Below the pieces are notes generated by a model, which ran no database searches, had not been told where the DNA came from, and worked only from the letters and a program-made list of their open reading frames with translations. Source: Promethearchaeota archaeon (GTDB taxonomy: Archaea; Asgardarchaeota; Thorarchaeia; Thorarchaeales; Thorarchaeaceae). From it: a stretch of 13,392 nucleotides of DNA. The translations under genes were made by a program, and so were the position numbers. The DNA is taken from positions 1-13,392 of the forward strand of contig JALVPN010000107.1 of assembly GCA_027031765.1 (NCBI GenBank), in the 5' to 3' direction. Positions 8,112 to 13,392 of this stretch are shown piece after piece. Position 1 is the stretch's first letter. Each line of letters begins with the position of its first letter.

Positions 8112-8567
8112 GTGTGTGACGACCAGTGTGCCTGCGGGCGGCTCATGTCGGTCAACGTGGGTGACCGACGACTGCAGGAGAAGGACGGCCTGCTGCTGGT
8201 CGGGAGCTGCATGCTCTCCAAGTACCCGGAGATTGTCAGGGAGTACGGACAGAGGGATGGGGGACAGGCTGTGCTCCACATCTGTCTTGAGGAGAGCCAC
8301 GTCAACCAGGCGGGCTTCAAGATAGCATCGATTGTGCGGTACTCGAAGATGCGCCGGCTCACGGCGCTCACTGTGGACGGCAGCCCCCACTGTGTGCAGC
8401 TCCACTTTGTATTGGAGGACATACGACGACACTTCACCCCCGAGGTGGAGACCGCACACTTTGTTGTTGAGCGCGGACATGTGCATGAGATATCGGCACG
8501 GGCAGTGAAGACTGCACGGCACCTCCATAGAGTGGAGGCACTGCTCGGGGACTCGGGCAGGGCGTGA
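8112..8567 (+). CDS. Conserved-looking small Cys/His protein, possibly Fe-S/metal-binding
   Basis: Motifs LLLVGSC, ICLEESHVN and LTVDGSPHCVQLH resemble an uncharacterised domain I recall from proteins annotated as ferredoxin-associated. N-terminus CDDQCAC. Start uncertain (GTG 8112 after GGTGA, or ATG 8145). Confidence 0.65.
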   Translation: MCDDQCACGRLMSVNVGDRRLQEKDGLLLVGSCMLSKYPEIVREYGQRDGGQAVLHICLEESHVNQAGFKIASIVRYSKMRRLTALTVDGSPHCVQLHFVLEDIRRHFTPEVETAHFVVERGHVHEISARAVKTARHLHRVEALLGDSGRA

Positions 8568-8684
8568 CGGCCACCTACAAACACGTCCAGGCCCGCATCA
8601 GGGTGTGACTGCCAACAGCAGGACCGTTGCAGTTGCCGTTGTCGTTGCCCGCCGACTGGTACAAGTATTCATGGATGCTTAGAC

Positions 8685-8691
8685 TTATATA
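8685..8691 (+). promoter_or_regulatory. Possible TATA box for tfb (TTATATA)
   Basis: Best TATA-like element in the 240-nt spacer, about 115 nt upstream of ATG 8807, which would imply a long 5' leader. Confidence 0.3.
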
Positions 8692-8806
8692 GCCATAAAT
8701 GTGGGCTTCGAGCGGCACTTCTCCCAGGTGCAGTTCTAGACAGTGACTGGTCGGGTCATTCCGGCGGCCAAATACCGAGCAGTAGTAGTAAGATGGGTGA
8801 ATTGAC

Positions 8807-9751
8807 ATGGCAAGACCAATGCGGGCAATTGATGACAGACGACACGGCCTAGGCGTATGTGCCATATGTGGTGGCAGTGACTTCTACGAGGATTTCACCC
8901 GTGGGGAGCGGGTCTGCACGAGCTGTGGCTGTGTGGTCTCCGAGCGGATTGTAGACACAGGACCGGAGTGGAGGGCATTCACAGCGGAGGAACGCGATGC
9001 CAGGGCCCGCACCGGGGCACCGTTCACGCTGACGATGGCGGACAAGGGGCTGGCCACCACAATCGGCTGGAGCGACAGGGATGCGAACGGCCGCTCCATT
9101 GCCGCGAGCAGTCGGGCTGCCATCTACAGGATGCGGAAGTGGCAGATAAGGACGCTAGTGCACAGCTCCCAGCACCGGAACCTGAGCATTGCCATGAGCG
9201 AGATGGACCGTCTCTCATCACAGCTGGGTGTGCCGCGGGAGACCAAGGAGACCGCCGCTCTCATCTACAGGAAGGCCCTGAACAAGCGCCTCGTGCGTGG
9301 CCGGAGCATTGAGGGGATGGTCGCAGCTGCAATATACCTGTCGTGCAGGATCCACAAGATACCGCGTCAGCTCGACGAGATAGTCACGGAGGCCCGGGTG
9401 AACCGCAAGGAGCTTGGCCAGTGTGTGCGCCTGATACTGAGGAATGTCAACATCAAGGTGCCAATACCCTCTGCGAACGACCTCATGCCGCGGATCTCTG
9501 CCGAGCTCAGGCTCGACGGGAAGACCGTACAGACGGCGATGCGCATCATTGAGGAGGCGCGTGCAAAGGGGATTACCGCAGGGAAGGACCCCGGTGGCCT
9601 TGCAGCAGCTGCCCTGTACATTGCTGGGATAATCGAGAACGACAGACGCACCCAGCGCGAGATTGCCGAGGCGTCAAACGTGACGGAGGTCACCGTACGG
9701 AACAGGTACAAGGACCTCGCTTACAGTCTACAGATAACAATACGACCATAG
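8807..9751 (+). CDS. tfb: Transcription initiation factor IIB
   Basis: Zn ribbon CAICG...CTSCG, B-reader DTGPEWRAF, two cyclin repeats (LVRGRSIEGMVAAAIY; GKDPGGLAAAALY), C-terminal HTH RTQREIAEASNVTEVTVRNRY. SD GGTGA upstream. Confidence 0.96.
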   Translation: MARPMRAIDDRRHGLGVCAICGGSDFYEDFTRGERVCTSCGCVVSERIVDTGPEWRAFTAEERDARARTGAPFTLTMADKGLATTIGWSDRDANGRSIAASSRAAIYRMRKWQIRTLVHSSQHRNLSIAMSEMDRLSSQLGVPRETKETAALIYRKALNKRLVRGRSIEGMVAAAIYLSCRIHKIPRQLDEIVTEARVNRKELGQCVRLILRNVNIKVPIPSANDLMPRISAELRLDGKTVQTAMRIIEEARAKGITAGKDPGGLAAAALYIAGIIENDRRTQREIAEASNVTEVTVRNRYKDLAYSLQITIRP

Positions 9752-9838
9752 CCGTTAGATGCAGTCCACCACTTTCTGGCCCCATCCGGGGCCACCACCT
9801 TCTTCTTGCTGTTCGTACAGAACTGTGATGGTCATACC

Positions 9839-10618
9839 ATGGAACAGATACTTGTCGTGCTGTGTGGTATCCCTGCATCAGGAAAGAGCACCCTTGCCAG
9901 GGAGCTGGCAAGCCGCATGCGGGCCGAGCGCCAGACATGCATTGTGGACACAGACCGCTGGCGTGCAGAGGTGTACGGTGGATCGTTCAGCCCGGAGAAG
10001 GAGCGGCTCGTACGGGGGCTCTCCCTCAGGGAGGTACGCGAGTGCCTCCGGCGGGGATGGGACGCGGTCCATGACGACACGAACTACTATGCAAGTATGC
10101 GGCACGACCTGCGTCAGGTCGCCTTGGAGGAGGGGTGCCGGTTCGGCGTCGTGCATGTGGCAACACCGCTGTCAGTGGCCCTCGGGTGGAACCGCACACG
10201 GCCCAACATGGTGCCAGAGCATGTCATCAGGAAGATTGCCGAGAGGCTCGACGTACCGGGACAGAAGTATGCATGGGACCGTCCGGTGGCGACCGTAGAC
10301 CTTGCAGTGACAGGTGTTGAAGAGGCAGCAGGGCGAGTACTGCGGGCACTGAGACAGCTTGCGCGTGGACGGGAGCGACGAGTGACACACGGTACGCACG
10401 CAGAGGAGCTTGACCGTACGACGAGAGGCGTTGTCCGACAGTTCCTCAGCGAGCATCTGGAGATGATGGGGGAGCCGGCAGTGCACCGTGCCCGTAAGGA
10501 GGTGCTCCGACAGGCCCTGAGAGAGGGGCGTCCGCCGTCCTGGGCGGCAAGGGAGTTGCGACTGCGACTACGTGGGGTGTTGGACAGGGCGGAGGAGGAC
10601 AGGACAGGCAGTGCCTGA
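9839..10618 (+). CDS. pstK: O-phosphoseryl-tRNA(Sec) kinase
   Basis: Walker A GIPASGKST, plus DDTNYYASMRHDL and RLDVPGQKYAWDRP, which match archaeal PSTK as I recall it. Stop is 30 nt from the tRNA-Sec 3' end. ATG 9839 preferred over 9806. Confidence 0.92.
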   Translation: MEQILVVLCGIPASGKSTLARELASRMRAERQTCIVDTDRWRAEVYGGSFSPEKERLVRGLSLREVRECLRRGWDAVHDDTNYYASMRHDLRQVALEEGCRFGVVHVATPLSVALGWNRTRPNMVPEHVIRKIAERLDVPGQKYAWDRPVATVDLAVTGVEEAAGRVLRALRQLARGRERRVTHGTHAEELDRTTRGVVRQFLSEHLEMMGEPAVHRARKEVLRQALREGRPPSWAARELRLRLRGVLDRAEEDRTGSA

Positions 10619-10648
10619 TGGAGAGGAGAGCTGGAAAAAGACAGTATA

Positions 10649-10739
10649 TGGCGGCTTCCTCAGAGAATCGAACTCTTATCGCTTGCGCGATCACGGGTTT
10701 GAAGCCCGCGGGGCCGGACCACCGGTCCTGGAGGAAGCC
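10649..10739 (-). tRNA. selC: tRNA-Sec (anticodon UCA), 91 nt, archaeal/eukaryotic 9/4 fold, CCA encoded
   Basis: Minus strand: GGCTTCCTC CA GGACCGG TGGT CCGGCCC CGCGGG CTTCAAA CCCGTG ATCGC GCAA GCGAT A AGAG TTCGATT CTCT GAGGAAGCC G CCA. This gives a 9-bp acceptor stem, 7-bp D stem (one A.C mismatch) with 4-nt loop, 6-bp anticodon stem, long variable arm, 4-bp T stem and G discriminator. Confidence 0.96.
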
Positions 10740-10800
10740 ACGGTTGACCAGCACAGGGCTAGGACTGTGGTGGTAAAGGTGTTTCGGACTGGGAACCCAC

Positions 10801-11457
10801 CTAGGCCGGGATGAACTTCTGCAGTAACTTGGAGGTCTCCTGTTTCCACTCGACCGACTTCTTTGCAAGTGCTGTTGCGAAGTCGCCTGGTAGTGGCTGG
10901 TCACGTGGCATGGACTCGAGCTTCTGGAGCCAGGGGGTGGTAGACAGTGGGAGGGGGTGCATGTCGCCACCCTCGATGGCCCTGATGAACATCTCGCGGC
11001 CGTGGGCCACTTGGATGTAGATGGCCTCAGCAGGGGCCCTGGTGAGGACAAGGTGCACGATACGGTCCCAGCAGGTCCTCGCGATGAGCGCCCGCTGCAG
11101 GCGTGTCTTCTGGACCTCGTCCAGTTGTCGGTACGAGACGAGGGCGTCCCTAAGACTGTTGGCAAGACCCTCGACGTGGCTGGTGAGTACGGACTCGTCA
11201 TCACCGTATGACGTTATCTCTGCTGCCTTCTGGGCCTCCTCGACCCACACTCTGACCGTGACCTCGTGGTCGTCAAGCTTGCCTGTGAACAGTGCTTTGC
11301 CCTTGAAAATGGTGCTCTCGGCCTCACTGTGCTCACTCAGGACAAAGCCCGGCTGCGCCGTGACAAAGTGCCATGCAATCCGGAACACGACTGCCGAGTC
11401 TGGGATGTCATATGTGACTGAACGTGACACCTTGATCCTGTCATCCATCTCTTCCAA
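10801..11457 (-). CDS. Hypothetical protein, 218 aa (215 aa from ATG 11448), inside the Sec cluster
   Basis: Protein-like composition; fills the gap between SepSecS (29 nt) and tRNA-Sec (61 nt) on the same strand. TTG 11457 or ATG 11448 start; TAG stop. No family recognised. Confidence 0.8.
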   Translation of the reverse strand: MEEMDDRIKVSRSVTYDIPDSAVVFRIAWHFVTAQPGFVLSEHSEAESTIFKGKALFTGKLDDHEVTVRVWVEEAQKAAEITSYGDDESVLTSHVEGLANSLRDALVSYRQLDEVQKTRLQRALIARTCWDRIVHLVLTRAPAEAIYIQVAHGREMFIRAIEGGDMHPLPLSTTPWLQKLESMPRDQPLPGDFATALAKKSVEWKQETSKLLQKFIPA

Positions 11458-11486
11458 GGCGCAACCCCCTGGGTATTGCAGCGGGC

Positions 11487-12797
11487 CTATTGAGCAACCG
11501 CCTTATAGAGTTTGGTGGTAGCTCTCTCCACATCTTCGCGGCGAGCACCGATGGCCGCATTCATCACAATATAACTGTGTGGGTAGCCATCGATGCACGA
11601 GCCGTGGGCGCCCCTCTCCACCGCACGCGGGCCAGTGACCCTCAGGTTGTACAGTCGCGCACCGACCGCCCTCACATCGTGGCCGTCAAGTGTCAATGCG
11701 CAGGCAACGGGGTTCCAGACATCAAGGAGCTCCTGTCCAATGGACCCCGCAATCTCCCTGAGCCGTTTCTCAAGTAGGGCGCGGTTCTCTGCCTGTTCGC
11801 GTCGCAGTCGCTCGTAGCCCGAGTGTCCCAGCAGGAGCAGTGCCACGAGGGTCTGCAGGACTGGTGCTGCGGACGCACGCCCTGCGTAGGAGCCCGCAAC
11901 CGTATCTATGACCTCGCGGCTCGGCGAGACCACAACAGAGGAGCCGACGGGGGCCAGGAAGTTCTTGTCGCCGCTCTGGACAATGGCATCCACACGGCCA
12001 CCATCAATGGCACGACGGAGCATGTCCATGATGTCGGGGGACTGTATGCCATAGGCATTGTTGACGACAAGCGGGACATCGTGGTCAGCACAGGTCCGCG
12101 CGACCTCTCTCACAGGGTCTGGCTCCCGTGGTGGGAAGAAGGTGGTCGTGCACAGGACGGCACAGTGTTCACGACTGCGGACTGCACGCGCCACCACATC
12201 GGGGTCCGCGCGCACTGCATCGCCCTCGAGCACCGTCGGCAAGGTGACCACCTCAAGGCCTGCAAGACGCACCCCTTTGACCGGTGACGTATGGTCGATA
12301 CGTGGGTGGAGGACACAGCGCACCCCAGAGGCCTGTCGCAGGGCCGACATCACGAGCGCAATGCTCATCCCGGTGGCCATGGGCGTCACAAGGCCGGCAC
12401 GGACATTTGGTAGGCCCAGTCTGCGGGCAGCATCAGTGGCCACATGGTCGGCCAGACGCTGCATTGATGATGCCCCCGGGGCCTTTGGCTGCGGTGCAGT
12501 GAGATGACCACTACGTCCCACGCCATGGTTGAAGCCGCATGACAGCCTGTCGAGGAGTGGGGATACGACACGTCCCTCACGCTCGCCCACGCGGGCTGCC
12601 CCGGGGTCCTTGTCAGAGTCCATGGAGGAGAGGAGCCCGACCAGGAGCCCGACCTGGCGTTCCGAGAGGGGGACATCCGGGAACCTCTGACGGGCCAGCA
12701 GGTCACGGATGGGCGCCACTAGCGCGTCCAGCGTGATACGGCCGCGTGCGGCCATGCCTGGTGGCAACACGTCACTGAGCCAGCGTTCAATGTCCAA
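11487..12797 (-). CDS. spcS: O-phosphoseryl-tRNA(Sec) selenium transferase (SepSecS)
   Basis: RVGEREGR, FNHGVGRSG...PQPKAPGAS, PMATGMSI, VNNAYG and PLP-lysine motif QSGDKNFLAPVG (K278). TTG start overlaps the selB stop by 11 nt. Confidence 0.94.
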   Translation of the reverse strand: MDIERWLSDVLPPGMAARGRITLDALVAPIRDLLARQRFPDVPLSERQVGLLVGLLSSMDSDKDPGAARVGEREGRVVSPLLDRLSCGFNHGVGRSGHLTAPQPKAPGASSMQRLADHVATDAARRLGLPNVRAGLVTPMATGMSIALVMSALRQASGVRCVLHPRIDHTSPVKGVRLAGLEVVTLPTVLEGDAVRADPDVVARAVRSREHCAVLCTTTFFPPREPDPVREVARTCADHDVPLVVNNAYGIQSPDIMDMLRRAIDGGRVDAIVQSGDKNFLAPVGSSVVVSPSREVIDTVAGSYAGRASAAPVLQTLVALLLLGHSGYERLRREQAENRALLEKRLREIAGSIGQELLDVWNPVACALTLDGHDVRAVGARLYNLRVTGPRAVERGAHGSCIDGYPHSYIVMNAAIGARREDVERATTKLYKAVAQ

Positions 12798-13392
12798 GCT
12801 GTACGACCTCCTCTACAGACTGCTCAAGCAGTACCGGCTCACCACGACTGACTTCCCCAGCGAACGACACTGCCACGACCCCACGTGTGCCGAAGGCCGA
12901 GAGCAGTGTACCAGAAACGCCGCTCTCTGTGACGACCCGGTCGCCGACAGCGCGCTGGGCCGCTTCCCGTCTTGAGAACAGGCCCTCGACAAGGACATCG
13001 GACGCACGCACACGCAGGACACGGCCTGTCAACCGGCGTCTGCGCACCAGAGTCACCGACTGCGGGAGGTCAGTGACCTCGCCCCATGCCACTATGCGCA
13101 TGGCTGTGGGTGGCAGGTCTGGGCGCATCAACAGGACCCTCATCCCCGGTGTGGCTGCCAGTTGTCTGCGCAGCAGCAGGACAGCACCGAACCCGCCCTC
13201 AGTGACCTGCTCCACACGGACATGGGCGCCAGCCTCCGTGATGAAGGGCACAATCTCACAGCTGACGGTCGGCATGCCAATGGTGGCGCTCAGGGTCATC
13301 CCCCGGGTCACACATCCACGGTACAGGGGCTCCATCTGCAAGTGCACGACAACGCCCGACACCCGACGCAACAGTCCCGGCCCAGAGAGGTA
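12787..13392 (-). CDS. selB: Selenocysteine-specific elongation factor SelB, archaeal type, 3' part (5'-truncated by window edge)
   Basis: Frame is open to the window edge (YLSGPGLLRRV...). RVLLMRPDLPPTAMRI and VEGLF...GTLLSAFGTRGVVAVSF match domains III/IV of archaeal SelB as I recall them. Adjacent to SepSecS. Confidence 0.87.
   Translation of the reverse strand, partial: YLSGPGLLRRVSGVVVHLQMEPLYRGCVTRGMTLSATIGMPTVSCEIVPFITEAGAHVRVEQVTEGGFGAVLLLRRQLAATPGMRVLLMRPDLPPTAMRIVAWGEVTDLPQSVTLVRRRRLTGRVLRVRASDVLVEGLFSRREAAQRAVGDRVVTESGVSGTLLSAFGTRGVVAVSFAGEVSRGEPVLLEQSVEEVVQLGH

Noticed and set aside
8106-8114. TGA stop of the M14-like gene is in frame with the next ORF (W-TGA-GCG-GTG), suggesting Sec read-through fusion
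   Set aside because: One in three adjacent pairs share a frame. The TGA lies within an SD-like GGTGA for the downstream start, it falls in a linker rather than an active site, and no SECIS was seen downstream of 8567.
10774-10777. TTTA on the minus strand about 35 nt upstream of tRNA-Sec as its own TATA box
   Set aside because: Poor match (CCTTTACC); the tRNA may simply be co-transcribed with the upstream operon.
96-13022. Many overlapping or antisense ORFs in the track (e.g. 96..452 +, 2819..3682 -, 6045..6686 +, 7959..8528 -, 10446..11204 -)
   Set aside because: Shadows of well-supported genes or the tRNA in GC-rich DNA; no recognisable motifs.
1-13392. CRISPR arrays, IS elements, integrases, rRNA genes
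   Set aside because: No regularly spaced repeats, terminal inverted repeats, transposase/integrase motifs or rRNA signatures seen.

Overview
GC-rich archaeal window with no CRISPR array or mobile element. The gene set (archaeal LeuRS, TFB, group 3c-type [NiFe]-hydrogenase, archaeal-type selenocysteine machinery) suggests an Asgard archaeon, possibly Thorarchaeia; this is inference, not a database result. Left to right: a small unknown ORF and a stand-alone Lrp/AsnC ligand-binding protein (-); an mvhD-mvhG-mvhA operon (+) whose large subunit stops before the C-terminal DPCxxCxxH metal-binding motif (split VhuA/VhuU-like architecture; no vhuU seen here); leuS (-); an AstE/AspA (M14)-fold protein that has lost its Zn ligands and catalytic Glu, followed by a small Cys/His protein (+); tfb (+); then a compact selenocysteine island. 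The island contains pstK (+) converging on tRNA-Sec(UCA) (-, absent from the ORF track), an unknown 218-aa gene, SepSecS and the 3' part of selB (all -). Best leads: the unknown gene inside the Sec island and the missing, probably Sec-containing, C-terminal hydrogenase peptide. Family assignments come from motifs recognised by eye; no searches were run.
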